Made by a program: the position numbers and the translations under genes
The notes under the pieces: generated by a model
Told to the model about the DNA's origin: nothing
Seen by the model: only the letters and a program-made list of their open reading frames with translations
Database searches by the model: none
Shown: one piece after another, positions 19,216 through 29,668 of the stretch
Layout of the letters: each line of letters begins with the position of its first letter
Numbering within the stretch: position 1 is the stretch's first letter
NCBI GenBank assembly: GCA_039804105.1
Contig: JBDRZU010000001.1
Span: 224,001 to 288,000 of the forward strand
DNA from: a candidate division WOR-3 bacterium
Lineage (GTDB): Bacteria > Hydrothermota > 32-111
Reading direction: 5' to 3'
DNA length: 64,000 nucleotides

Positions 19216-22037
19216 AAAAAATGATCTTTCTTTTTCTTTTTGTAATTTCTCTTTCAACATTTTCTCAAACAACCAATTTTGGAAAAAATAAAATCCAATA
19301 TAAAGATTATAATTGGAAAGTGGGATATACTGAGCATTTCAACATTTACTACTACCAGGGTGCAGAATCTTTGTTCAATTTTGTTTCAATAGTTGCTGAA
19401 TCATCGATAGCAAGATTGCAAGAAGAGTTCAACTACAAAATAAAAAATAAAATACCTATCGTTCTTTACAATTCACATAAAGATTTTGAAGAAACAAACA
19501 TAACAGTTGAAATTCTTGATGAATTTGTTGGTGGTTTTACAGAATCTGTTAAAAACAGAGTAGTTTTACCTTTTACAGGGTCTTATGAAGATTTAAGACA
19601 TGTTGTAAACCATGAGTTGGTTCACGCTCTACAATTTCAACTTCTGTATGAGGGGAGTGGGACATCAGCGATAATTGGATCAGTTGTTTACGATATTCCT
19701 TTGTGGTTTATTGAAGGTTCCGCTGAGTTCTATTCTGTTGAATTTGATGAAGAGAGTGATATGTATATGAGAGACGCGATATTGAATGATGGTTATATTG
19801 ATCTTGTTACACTTTCTTCTTATTATGGGGGGTATTATATATATAAAGCTGGACAGATGGTTTTAAAATACATTTCAGAAAAATATGGTAGAGAAAAAAT
19901 ACCTGAAATCTATAAGGATATAAAGAATACAAAATCATTTTATAGATCACTCGAAAAAAAGTGTGGAATAAATATTGAAAAACTTGATTCTGATTTTAAA
20001 GTTTATTTAAAAGAAAGATATTTCCCACTCGTCAAAGAAAGAGAACTTGTTGTATCTGGTGGAAAATCGGTTCTTGGTGATTTTATTAAAACTTCCAACT
20101 ACAATGTTTCACCTTCGATATCTCCAGATGGTAACTATGTTGCTTTCATAAGTGAGAAATATGGTTATTTTGATATATATATCCTTCCAGTTTTTAATCC
20201 CGATAAAAAAAAGAAAATTTTACCAAGAAATTTTGTGAGAAACTATGAGTCGTTTCATCTCGATTATGGGAATCTCAACTGGTCAAAAGATAGTAAATAT
20301 CTTGTTTTTTCTGTAAGAGCAGGGAAGGATGAAATAATATTTTTGTATGATGTTGAAAAAGAAAAGATTTCCCAAAAAATCAAAATCAACGCTGACGGAG
20401 TTTATTCTCCATCCCTTGATCCTGATAACAAGAGAATAGTTTATACAAAACAGATTGATGGAAGAAACGATATATGTATATATGACCTGAAAAAAGCGAA
20501 AGAAGAGGTGTTAACCGAAGATATTTTTGATGATATTTCTCCTTTCTTTTATAACGATTCGACGATCATTTTTTTAAGTGATAGAGAATTTCTTGAAGGT
20601 GTCTGGAACTATGGTGATTATAAACTTTACAAATTATATTTGCATTCGAAAAGGGTCGAAAAAGTTGAAATTGGTTATAAACTCGGAAAAAGGTTTTACC
20701 CTGTGAATGATTCATTGATTATTTTTTCCTCTTACATCGATTTTGTATCGGATGTTTATCTTTACAATCTAAAAACAAAGGAAATAAGAAGGTTAACAAA
20801 TAGTGTAACCGGATTATTCAACCCTACAATCACATCAGATCTCTCAAAGATGACAGTATCCTATTTTAGAAGATTTTCAATGGATGTTATTTTAATACAG
20901 GATCCAGTTGAAAAAAAATATGAAATAAAAAATGAAAAAAGTTTTAACGATTATGTTTTAAAAAGTGTTAATTTTGAAAACAAAAAAACTGTTTATCAAT
21001 CGAAAAACATACCCTTGACATTTTCAGTTGATTGGGCAGCAGGTGCCTTTTCATACTCACCAATCTCTGGATTTTTAGGACTCTTGGATATTGGTATCAG
21101 CGATATCATGGGTGACAACAGAATATATATTCAGATGCAAAAACTTTCGATTACAGGAACAGGTTATTTTTCATTACAGTACTGGTATTTGAAAAATAGG
21201 TTGGATTTTGCTTTTCTCTATTTCAACCTCAAAGAGGAATATCTTTACAACTTTTATTCAACCGTCTCACAATCTTATAATGGTGGTGGAATACTTTTAA
21301 GATATCCTATAGATAGATACAAAAGGATCGACTTTGAGAATGACATTTTCAAGTATTCTTTAGATTTTAACGAATATTATATTGATACGACCGTTGTTAC
21401 AAACATTTATTCATCTCTTTTTACCAATCACATTCTTTCATTTATTTATGATAATGCGATATGGGGAGAGTATGGACCAGTTAACGGAGAACTCGCAAGG
21501 TTTGATCTTGGTTTTTCTCTTGATCTTTTAACAGATAGTTCAAATTTATCTTATAACGGTGGGTTCTATTCATTCGATTTGAGAAAATATTTTGTAACAA
21601 CTCCCAGAACTCAGTTCGCAACTAAATTCTACTACTCTCAAAATTTTGGTCCATATCCCATGTACTCTTATCTTGGAGGTGCAGGCAGTTTAAGAGGTTA
21701 CTCTGATAATCAGTTCTTTGGTAAAATTGTTGGTTATTCTAATAATGAATGGAGATTCCCTTTAATAGATGCGATCAAATTTTCATTTTTTAACATTGGA
21801 CTTTACAACATAAGAGGAGTTGTCTTTACTGATTTAGGATTTGCAAAGGATGATTTAAAAAAGTTAAGGTTGATAACATCAGATTTTCTTCTTGATGATC
21901 TAAAATTAGGATTTGGAATAGGAGTAAGGATGAACCTCTACCTTGCAATTTTAAAATTTGATATAGCAAAAAATACAGATTTATGGAGAATTTCAAAAGA
22001 AACCTATTATCATCTTTCATTTGGATCAGATTTTTAA
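19212..22037 (+). CDS. Peptidase MA-like domain + PD40/TolB propeller + Omp85 (BamA/TamA-type) barrel protein
   Basis: FGKNKIQY, HELVH..WFIEGSAE, PSISPDG, LGGAGSLRGY, GFGIGVR, terminal DF. Confidence 0.82.
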   Translation: MKKMIFLFLFVISLSTFSQTTNFGKNKIQYKDYNWKVGYTEHFNIYYYQGAESLFNFVSIVAESSIARLQEEFNYKIKNKIPIVLYNSHKDFEETNITVEILDEFVGGFTESVKNRVVLPFTGSYEDLRHVVNHELVHALQFQLLYEGSGTSAIIGSVVYDIPLWFIEGSAEFYSVEFDEESDMYMRDAILNDGYIDLVTLSSYYGGYYIYKAGQMVLKYISEKYGREKIPEIYKDIKNTKSFYRSLEKKCGINIEKLDSDFKVYLKERYFPLVKERELVVSGGKSVLGDFIKTSNYNVSPSISPDGNYVAFISEKYGYFDIYILPVFNPDKKKKILPRNFVRNYESFHLDYGNLNWSKDSKYLVFSVRAGKDEIIFLYDVEKEKISQKIKINADGVYSPSLDPDNKRIVYTKQIDGRNDICIYDLKKAKEEVLTEDIFDDISPFFYNDSTIIFLSDREFLEGVWNYGDYKLYKLYLHSKRVEKVEIGYKLGKRFYPVNDSLIIFSSYIDFVSDVYLYNLKTKEIRRLTNSVTGLFNPTITSDLSKMTVSYFRRFSMDVILIQDPVEKKYEIKNEKSFNDYVLKSVNFENKKTVYQSKNIPLTFSVDWAAGAFSYSPISGFLGLLDIGISDIMGDNRIYIQMQKLSITGTGYFSLQYWYLKNRLDFAFLYFNLKEEYLYNFYSTVSQSYNGGGILLRYPIDRYKRIDFENDIFKYSLDFNEYYIDTTVVTNIYSSLFTNHILSFIYDNAIWGEYGPVNGELARFDLGFSLDLLTDSSNLSYNGGFYSFDLRKYFVTTPRTQFATKFYYSQNFGPYPMYSYLGGAGSLRGYSDNQFFGKIVGYSNNEWRFPLIDAIKFSFFNIGLYNIRGVVFTDLGFAKDDLKKLRLITSDFLLDDLKLGFGIGVRMNLYLAILKFDIAKNTDLWRISKETYYHLSFGSDF

Positions 22038-25000
22038 CATTATTTATCTTTCTATTTTCTTTTATAGAGAGTAGAGAGATGAAACCGATATACTCTTTAA
22101 AGGATGAGTATGGTTATATAAAAATTGTTTCAAACTATCAATTGGTTTCTGAAAAACCAGGTTTCCCCCAGATCCCTGTTATCAGGGAACTTGATGTTGA
22201 TGGAATATATGAAATCAAAGTTATAAAAGAGGAAAGTTTACAATTAAATAAAAGATTACTTCCAATATTTGAACCAGTTAGCAAAAACAAAATTTTTGAA
22301 ACTAATATTAAACCTGACGAAAATATTTATAATTATAACAAAAAACTTATTGAAAAAGATTTTTCATATAAAAATAATGTTCTGGAAATATATCCTTTTG
22401 ATTATATACCTTCAAGAAACATTTTGATTGTAAAAACTATAAAGATCGATTATTCAAAAAAAAAGTTGGATAAAACAATAAACAGAAAAGTTTTGATAAT
22501 ATATGATTCAATTTTTAAAAATGATACCTTAAATTTAAAAAGTTTTTATCTGATACGTGGTTATCAACCAATACTTGAAAATAAAATAAATATTGGTTCA
22601 ACTGCATTTGATATAAAAAACTTTATAAAATCAAAATATAACCTTGAACCATTTTCATTTTTACTTCTTCTTGGCAATTCAATGATGATTCCTTTTGAAT
22701 ATGGAACAGGGGATAACGCTTCTCCTACGGATCTTTACTATTCTCTTCTTGATACTATCGATTATTTCCCGGATATAGTGGTTTCTCGGTTACCATTTTC
22801 TGATACAACATCTTTAAAAAATTATTTGAACAACTACAAAAACTTTCTTTTAAACGATGATCTTTATAGAACCCCTTCTTCATATTTTATTGCAACTGAT
22901 GATGGAGGTTATCATCAACTCGTTGAATCAACACACATCTATTCGATGAATATTTTAAGAAATGTTAATTTTCTCACTGACTCATTTTTCGCTTATTATC
23001 AAACCGGTACCAGAATAGACACTGCTATAAATAGAGGGAAAGATATAGTTGTTTATTCAGGACATGGAGCCACATATTACTGGGCTGGACCGAGTTTTTA
23101 TGATTCAGATATTGAGAATTTACAGAATTCGATTTTCCCAGATATATTTTCATTTGCATGTCTGACTGGTAATTTTTCTTATGTAAACTTTTTTGGTAAC
23201 AGTTGGCTTTCAAAAAATTCCAAAGGTTCAATTTCCTTTGTTGGTTCATCAGTTGAAACTTATTGGATTGAAGATGATGTTTTACAGAGATATTTTGTCG
23301 ATTCTTTAAAAAATTTTGGGTACATTTTTGATATTTACAACAAAGCAAAAAAATCTTATTTCAACTATTTTGGGGATAACTCATTAACGAGGGGTTATTT
23401 TGAAAGATACAACTTTTTCTCAACACCTGAAAGATTTTTGGGAAATAGATCGATTTACAATTTTTCAAAAGTTTTTGATAGGTACACTACATTTAACAAG
23501 ACTTTTGAGGTGAATATCGATTTTAATGGAAGTTTGAATTCACCTATTTTTATTGGGCTTTTTAAAAATAGTGCACTTTTAATCGATTCAAACTTTTTAA
23601 GTTCACCTTCCACCCTTTATCTCAATACAACCTCAATTGCAGGGGATACACTTACATTGTATACATTCATTGAAGGAAGAAAACTTTTCTGCGATACGAT
23701 TATTTTAATCGATACTGGTCCTTTTGTAACCTTGAAGGAGTATTTTTTAACAGATTACTATCTTGATTCTTTCTTTTTTGATTTAACATTTAAAAACTTT
23801 GGAGATACACCATCAGATTCCTCAAAGGTATTTTTTAGAAGCGGATCATCAAATATAGAGATATTAACCGATACATTGAAGATACCACCACTTGAAAGTG
23901 AATCACTGTATAAATTTGAGAAAGGATTGATTTTAAAAATAAAAGATTTTACAGATTCTTTGATAAGCGATATCTGTTCAGTTTTTACAATTTCAGCAAA
24001 CGATACAATTATAAGTAGTATACCTTTGAGTATTATGACTCCAGATTTCTCGATCAGTTTTCTTTATTCAGTGTATGAAAATGATACTTTAAAAGGTATT
24101 CCTAAAAATCTGTATTCAAAAGTATTATTCAAAATTGATAACAATTCACTTCTTCAGGTGAAAGATTTAAAAATTTTAATTTCCTCGTCTGATCTTTATA
24201 TAGAAAATCAAGAATACATCATCGAATCATTTATGCCAAAAACTTCAACTGTTATTAGTTTTGATGTTTTTTCTCCATCAAACCTTTCAAAAGTTTGTAA
24301 GATATCCTTTAAAATAAAAATGGGTGATTGGGAAAAGGTTGTTGAACAAACATTACCTTTAATTTACATAAAAAAGCCACAATACTATGGTCCTTATAAA
24401 GGTTACTATATTTACACTAACAATATGGATTACCTTGAAAACTCACCAGATTTTATAGATTACAATCTCGATTCCTTGAAGTTCAAACAAATTGATACCA
24501 AAGATGATACAACATTGTTGATAAAACTTCCTTTTAAATTTAAGTTTTTTGGACTCGAAAGAGATTCTATATACTTTAACACAAACGGAATAATTTCGTT
24601 TACAAAACTTGATAATCTTTTGTTCACTCCAACAGTTTTACCATCAAATTACCTTTCCTCATTGAATTCAATTGTTTTCTGTTGGGCTGATTTCAGACCT
24701 TCGTATTATTATGATACTTACTCTAAAAATAGTGAGACATACAATAACATCTTTACATATTTTGATACAACAAACTTCTCTTATTTAATATATTTCAATA
24801 AGGTTAAAACAACCGATTATCTTGAAAATACTTTTGTGGTAGCGATAGATACTTCATCTGTTACGGTTTATTTCAAAAATGTTTCAGATGCAAACAGATT
24901 CATATCAGGTATCCAGTTTTCAGATTTCACATCACTTTCTTTTTCAGGAGATTCTTTTACAGATATAAATGGACAGAGTTTGATTAAAAATGGTGTTACT

Positions 25001-25321
25001 TTGAAATTCACTAAAGAAAAACCAAAATTGAAAAGTAAATTTTTATATGAGGTAAAAGAAGAAAAGGAAAAGGTTTCAATAGATGTTGAACCTTTATCTT
25101 CAAATAAATATTTTTATATAAATATAAAAGAGAATGGGATCTACTCTGTTGAAGTATATGATATACTTGGAAGAAAGAAAGATATTGTTCATCAGAAACT
25201 TTTATCAAAAAATATCCATAAACTTTTCATGGATATAGAGAGTGAAGGTATTAAATTTGTCGTAGTAAAAGATATTTCAGGTAAAGTAATTGCCAGGGAA
25301 AAAATAGTATTTTTAAAATAA
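21983..25321 (+). CDS. C25 (gingipain-family) cysteine peptidase with T9SS-type C-terminal domain
   Basis: PGFPQIP propeptide-like, TDLYYS..PDIVVSR, YSGHG and FSFAC catalytic His/Cys, VYDILGR...KIVFLK tail. Confidence 0.78.
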   Translation: MENFKRNLLSSFIWIRFLTLFIFLFSFIESREMKPIYSLKDEYGYIKIVSNYQLVSEKPGFPQIPVIRELDVDGIYEIKVIKEESLQLNKRLLPIFEPVSKNKIFETNIKPDENIYNYNKKLIEKDFSYKNNVLEIYPFDYIPSRNILIVKTIKIDYSKKKLDKTINRKVLIIYDSIFKNDTLNLKSFYLIRGYQPILENKINIGSTAFDIKNFIKSKYNLEPFSFLLLLGNSMMIPFEYGTGDNASPTDLYYSLLDTIDYFPDIVVSRLPFSDTTSLKNYLNNYKNFLLNDDLYRTPSSYFIATDDGGYHQLVESTHIYSMNILRNVNFLTDSFFAYYQTGTRIDTAINRGKDIVVYSGHGATYYWAGPSFYDSDIENLQNSIFPDIFSFACLTGNFSYVNFFGNSWLSKNSKGSISFVGSSVETYWIEDDVLQRYFVDSLKNFGYIFDIYNKAKKSYFNYFGDNSLTRGYFERYNFFSTPERFLGNRSIYNFSKVFDRYTTFNKTFEVNIDFNGSLNSPIFIGLFKNSALLIDSNFLSSPSTLYLNTTSIAGDTLTLYTFIEGRKLFCDTIILIDTGPFVTLKEYFLTDYYLDSFFFDLTFKNFGDTPSDSSKVFFRSGSSNIEILTDTLKIPPLESESLYKFEKGLILKIKDFTDSLISDICSVFTISANDTIISSIPLSIMTPDFSISFLYSVYENDTLKGIPKNLYSKVLFKIDNNSLLQVKDLKILISSSDLYIENQEYIIESFMPKTSTVISFDVFSPSNLSKVCKISFKIKMGDWEKVVEQTLPLIYIKKPQYYGPYKGYYIYTNNMDYLENSPDFIDYNLDSLKFKQIDTKDDTTLLIKLPFKFKFFGLERDSIYFNTNGIISFTKLDNLLFTPTVLPSNYLSSLNSIVFCWADFRPSYYYDTYSKNSETYNNIFTYFDTTNFSYLIYFNKVKTTDYLENTFVVAIDTSSVTVYFKNVSDANRFISGIQFSDFTSLSFSGDSFTDINGQSLIKNGVTLKFTKEKPKLKSKFLYEVKEEKEKVSIDVEPLSSNKYFYINIKENGIYSVEVYDILGRKKDIVHQKLLSKNIHKLFMDIESEGIKFVVVKDISGKVIAREKIVFLK

Positions 25322-26290
25322 AAACGCAAGGATAAGGAAAAAAAGTACAAACAAAAAAATCAAAATAAAATATCCTTTTAAGAAAAATAAAAATTTTGTA
25401 AAAATGTTATTTTTGTAATTTTTTTTATCGTTGAATGGATTTTTTACACTTTTATTTTTTTCTTTGATTCTTGATATAATCTCTTCAAGATTTTGAAAAA
25501 AATTCACATTTATCCCATCATATTTTATTTTTTGAATGTTTATGATATTCGAGGGAGTTTTTCCAATGTAAATTATAGCGTCATAATCTTTTTTTAAACT
25601 TAGAATTTTGTTTTCTTTTAAAATTCCTGTATTGAATGTTACAGAATCATAAAGGGAAGAGATTTTCAAAGATAGGTTTTGAAGTGTTTTTGTATAATTA
25701 TCGTCGAGTAGTAAAATTTGAAACTTTGTTTTATGAAGATAGTAATTGTTGTATTCATTATCATCATTGTTGATAATTTTTACTGAATCTATATTGTTTT
25801 TCACTTCTATCTCAAAGATTGTATCCCTTTTAAACTCGATATTATAAATCTTATCTTTTACAAAGATTTTTGCTGAACATGTTGTATCAAATAGTGTGAA
25901 ATTTTTAAATATAACTTTTTTTAAAATATCATCTTGAATAACAGAATCGATTCCGAAATCAACTTTTCCTTTTAGATTAAAACTTTTTGTTTTTGAACTG
26001 ATCAAAATATCATTTTTTGAACCTGTTTCTGCAATGTAATAGGGATTTAAAGAACTAAAAAAATCTTTTATCACATCGTATTTTCTTTGCCCATTAATAA
26101 TCAGAAAATTTTCATCTTCTCTATTGATGATAATGAACTTTTGTTTATCTGGTAGAAAATATGATAGAAACATTACAAGAAAGGAAAGCAGAAAAATAAT
26201 AATCGAAAGAATAAATTTATTTTTTGAAACCCTTCTTGCTAAAAGAAATATTGCAAGAAGGGTTAAAGTTAAGGAAACAATAAAAAACAT
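25313..26290 (-). CDS. Hypothetical membrane protein
   Basis: two N-terminal and one C-terminal TM helices; follows pckA by 3 nt. Confidence 0.55.
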   Translation of the reverse strand: MFFIVSLTLTLLAIFLLARRVSKNKFILSIIIFLLSFLVMFLSYFLPDKQKFIIINREDENFLIINGQRKYDVIKDFFSSLNPYYIAETGSKNDILISSKTKSFNLKGKVDFGIDSVIQDDILKKVIFKNFTLFDTTCSAKIFVKDKIYNIEFKRDTIFEIEVKNNIDSVKIINNDDNEYNNYYLHKTKFQILLLDDNYTKTLQNLSLKISSLYDSVTFNTGILKENKILSLKKDYDAIIYIGKTPSNIINIQKIKYDGINVNFFQNLEEIISRIKEKNKSVKNPFNDKKNYKNNIFTKFLFFLKGYFILIFLFVLFFLILAFLF

Positions 26291-26293
26291 TTA

Positions 26294-27838
26294 TCAGTTT
26301 AAAGAAATGTTCATCTTTTTGAAGTTCTCTTCGAATCTTGCTTTGAGGTTGAGTGCTGCTTTTTTGTATTCCTCTTTGTTTATCCAGGTGTTGATAGGGT
26401 TCAAAACTTCCCTTGGAACATCAGGACATTCTGTCGGTATCATAAGTCCAAAAAATTCTTCCTTTTCAAATTTTATTTTACCAAACTCATCCGTTAATAT
26501 TGCTTTCACCATTCTTCTTGTGTAGGGGAGATTGAATCTTTTTCCAACACCATAAGGTCCACCTGTCCATCCTGTGTTTAAAAGATAAACTTTTGTTTTG
26601 TGTTTCAAAATTTTTTCTTTTAACATCTTTGCATATTTATCAGGACTCAATGGCATAAATGGTGCTCCAAAACATGTTGAGAATGTTGCCTGTGGTTCTA
26701 CTATTCCTCTTTCTGTTCCAGCGAGTTTACTTGTGTATCCGGAAACGAAATGGAACATTGCTTCCTCAACAGAAAGCAAGGAAACTGGTGGAAGAACACC
26801 AAAAGCATCTGCGGTTAAAAAAATAATATATTTCGGATGTGAGCATTTCCCTGACAGGTCAGCATTTGGAATGAAATGTATTGGATACGCTGCTCTTGTG
26901 TTTTCAGTTAGGGAACCATCAGCATAATCAGGTTCTCCGTTATCTTTGACTATAACATTTTCCATGACTGCACCAAATTTTAAAGAATCATATATTTGTG
27001 GTTCTGTCTCTCTTTTTAAATTTATCGTTTTTGCATAACATCCACCTTCAAAATTAAAAACACCATCATCAGACCAGCCATGTTCATCATCTCCGATCAA
27101 TCTTCTTTCGATATCAGCGGAAAGAGTTGTTTTCCCGGTTCCAGAGAGTCCAAAAAATATTGCTGAATTTCCTTTATCATCTGTATTCGCTGAGCAATGC
27201 ATTGGAAAAACATTCTTTTTTGGTAGAAGATAGTTCATCATTGTGAATATCGATTTTTTTATCTCACCAAAATATTGTGTCCCTCCGATTAGAACTGTCA
27301 TTTTGTCATAATTGATAATTATAAAACATTCAGAATTTGTTTTATCGAGTTCAGGGATCGCCTTGAAATTTGGAAGGCAGATTACATTTATGTCAGGTTT
27401 AAAATTTTTTAATTCATTTTCAGTTGGTCTTATAAAAAGTGAAGAAGATGCAAGCGCCTGATTTGCGAGTTCACAGGTGATTCGGAGTGAATATCCATAT
27501 CTTCTATCAGCACCAACATATCCATCAAAAACAAAAAGATCTTTACCCTGAATATATGCTCTCATCTTTTGATAAAGGTTTTCATAAACTTCTTCTGATA
27601 TTGGTTTATTCACTTTTCCCCATGCAATATCATCGTGTACAGATGGAGTATCAACGATGAATCTATCATCAGGGCTTCTTCCATTATATTTACCTGTGTT
27701 AACAACAAAAGCCCCGGTATTTGTAAATATCCCTTCCTTTCTTTCGATCGCTATTTCTAAAAGTTTTGCAGGAGGAAGGTTCCTGTAAATATTTCTGTAA
27801 TTTACTATTTTTAAATCGGAAAGATTAATTTTATCCAT
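26294..27838 (-). CDS. pckA: Phosphoenolpyruvate carboxykinase (ATP)
   Basis: GRSPDD, MHCSAN, FGLSGTGKTTLS, IGDDEHGW, NFEGGCYAK, TENTR. Confidence 0.96.
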   Translation of the reverse strand: MDKINLSDLKIVNYRNIYRNLPPAKLLEIAIERKEGIFTNTGAFVVNTGKYNGRSPDDRFIVDTPSVHDDIAWGKVNKPISEEVYENLYQKMRAYIQGKDLFVFDGYVGADRRYGYSLRITCELANQALASSSLFIRPTENELKNFKPDINVICLPNFKAIPELDKTNSECFIIINYDKMTVLIGGTQYFGEIKKSIFTMMNYLLPKKNVFPMHCSANTDDKGNSAIFFGLSGTGKTTLSADIERRLIGDDEHGWSDDGVFNFEGGCYAKTINLKRETEPQIYDSLKFGAVMENVIVKDNGEPDYADGSLTENTRAAYPIHFIPNADLSGKCSHPKYIIFLTADAFGVLPPVSLLSVEEAMFHFVSGYTSKLAGTERGIVEPQATFSTCFGAPFMPLSPDKYAKMLKEKILKHKTKVYLLNTGWTGGPYGVGKRFNLPYTRRMVKAILTDEFGKIKFEKEEFFGLMIPTECPDVPREVLNPINTWINKEEYKKAALNLKARFEENFKKMNISLN

Positions 27839-27866
27839 CAAACCTCCTTAATAATTTTGTAATTTT

Positions 27867-27894
27867 ATTATATATTTTTAAAATTTTTTTTCAA
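27867..27894 (-). promoter_or_regulatory. sigma70-like promoter TTGAAA-N16-TATAAT (pckA)
   Basis: minus-strand hexamers at 27894-27889 and 27872-27867. Confidence 0.6.
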
Positions 27895-27927
27895 CAAAAT
27901 TGATTGTTTTACAAATTTTTTAACCAC

Positions 27928-27955
27928 TTGAAAAAAAGTGAATTTAATCTAAAAT
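27928..27955 (+). promoter_or_regulatory. sigma70-like promoter TTGAAA-N16-TAAAAT (fhs)
   Basis: hexamers at 27928 and 27950. Confidence 0.55.
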
Positions 27956-27976
27956 TAAAATCTTAAAGGAGAATAC

Positions 27977-29605
27977 ATGATACAACTAAAAAGAATTGAG
28001 GAGATCTGTGAAAAACTTGGAATCGACAAAGAAAACATTATCCCTTATGGTAAATTCATTGCAAAAATCAATTTAGTAGAGAGAAAGAATAGAGAAAAGA
28101 AAGGGAAACTTATACTTGTTACAGCGATAAACCCGACTCCATATGGTGAAGGGAAAACAACAGTTTCAATAGGTCTTTCTGATGCTTTGAATGCCAGTGG
28201 TAAAAAAAGTATTGTTTGTTTAAGAGAGCCATCTCTTGGACCTGTTTTTGGAGTAAAAGGTGGAGCGACTGGTGGTGGTTTATCAAAAATAGAACCCTCA
28301 AATGAGATTAACTTACATTTTACCGGTGATATTCATGCAGTAACAGCAGCACACAATCTTCTTGCAGCACTTCTTGATAATGTTTATTCGAGAAAAAATA
28401 TTTCACATTTTCAGCCCAAAGATATTTTTTTCCATAGAGTTCTTGATATGAATGATCGAGCACTACGAAAAATAATTATAGGTGTTGGTGATGATAGTGG
28501 ACAGATAAGGGAATCAAAGTTTGAGATAACAGCAGCATCAGAAGTTATGGCTATACTTGGTCTTTCATACGATTTAAAAGAATTGAAAGAAAAACTATCT
28601 AAGATAATGATCGGAATATCATATGATAACAAACCAGTTTTTGCAAAAGATATTGGTGCTGAAAATGGAATGGCGATACTTTTGAAGGATGCTATAAATC
28701 CAAATATTGTTCAAACCTTGAATAATAATCCGGCTTTTGTTCACACAGGCCCTTTCGCAAATATTGCACATGGAACATGTTCAATTACTTCTATTGATTT
28801 GTCTATGCGGTTTGCTGAATACACTGTTGTTGAAGCAGGATTCGGTAGTGATCTTGGTGCTGAAAAATTTATCGATATAGTTAGTAGAAACAAAAATATG
28901 GTTCCACCTGACTATGTGGTTATCGTAGCAACATTAAGAGCAATAAAACATCATGGTGGAGTTAAACTGAAAGATATAAATGCGAAAAATTTTGATGCAG
29001 TAAAAATCGGATTTTCCAACCTTGAAAAACATATTGAAAACATGAAATCGTTTAATATAAATACAGTTGTTGCATTAAATAGATTTTCTGAAGATGATGA
29101 AGAAGAATTAAAACTTCTTGAGGATCTTGTTAAAGCAAAAGGTTGCGAAGTATTTCAAATCGATGTTTACAATAAAGGATACCAAACAGCATTACCTCTT
29201 GCTGAATATATTATAAAATCAAAACCAATAAAAGAAAAAATTAACTATGTGTATGATTTCAAAGAATCTATTGAAGAAAAAATTAAAAAGATAGCATATA
29301 GAATTTACGGCGCTTATGGTATAGTTGTTAACAAAAAGGTTAAAGATAAAATAAAGATGATCGAGGACTGGGGTTTTTCAGATTTACCAATATGTATAGC
29401 AAAAACCCAGTATTCTTTTTCTGATAATGAAAAATTACTTGGAAGGCCAAAGAATTTTAACATAGAGATAAAAGATTTAAAAGTTTCAAGTGGAGCTGGT
29501 TTCATAGTAGTTTATCTTGGAAACATTATGACGATGCCTGGATTACCCGAAGAACCAGCGGCTTTAAGTATGCATATTGACGATGAAGGTAATGTTAAGA
29601 TATAA
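27977..29605 (+). CDS. fhs: Formate-tetrahydrofolate ligase
   Basis: TPYGEGKTT, REPSLGP, NLHFTGD, GPFANIAHG, EAGFGSDLGAEKF, MPGLP. Confidence 0.96.
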   Translation: MIQLKRIEEICEKLGIDKENIIPYGKFIAKINLVERKNREKKGKLILVTAINPTPYGEGKTTVSIGLSDALNASGKKSIVCLREPSLGPVFGVKGGATGGGLSKIEPSNEINLHFTGDIHAVTAAHNLLAALLDNVYSRKNISHFQPKDIFFHRVLDMNDRALRKIIIGVGDDSGQIRESKFEITAASEVMAILGLSYDLKELKEKLSKIMIGISYDNKPVFAKDIGAENGMAILLKDAINPNIVQTLNNNPAFVHTGPFANIAHGTCSITSIDLSMRFAEYTVVEAGFGSDLGAEKFIDIVSRNKNMVPPDYVVIVATLRAIKHHGGVKLKDINAKNFDAVKIGFSNLEKHIENMKSFNINTVVALNRFSEDDEEELKLLEDLVKAKGCEVFQIDVYNKGYQTALPLAEYIIKSKPIKEKINYVYDFKESIEEKIKKIAYRIYGAYGIVVNKKVKDKIKMIEDWGFSDLPICIAKTQYSFSDNEKLLGRPKNFNIEIKDLKVSSGAGFIVVYLGNIMTMPGLPEEPAALSMHIDDEGNVKI

Positions 29606-29610
29606 TTTTG

Positions 29611-29638
29611 TTGACTTAGAAAAAATATTAAATAAAAT
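29611..29638 (+). promoter_or_regulatory. sigma70-like promoter TTGACT-N16-TAAAAT (mutase operon)
   Basis: hexamers at 29611 and 29633. Confidence 0.6.
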
Positions 29639-29668
29639 AAAAATTTAAGTTTAAAAATGTGAGGATAT

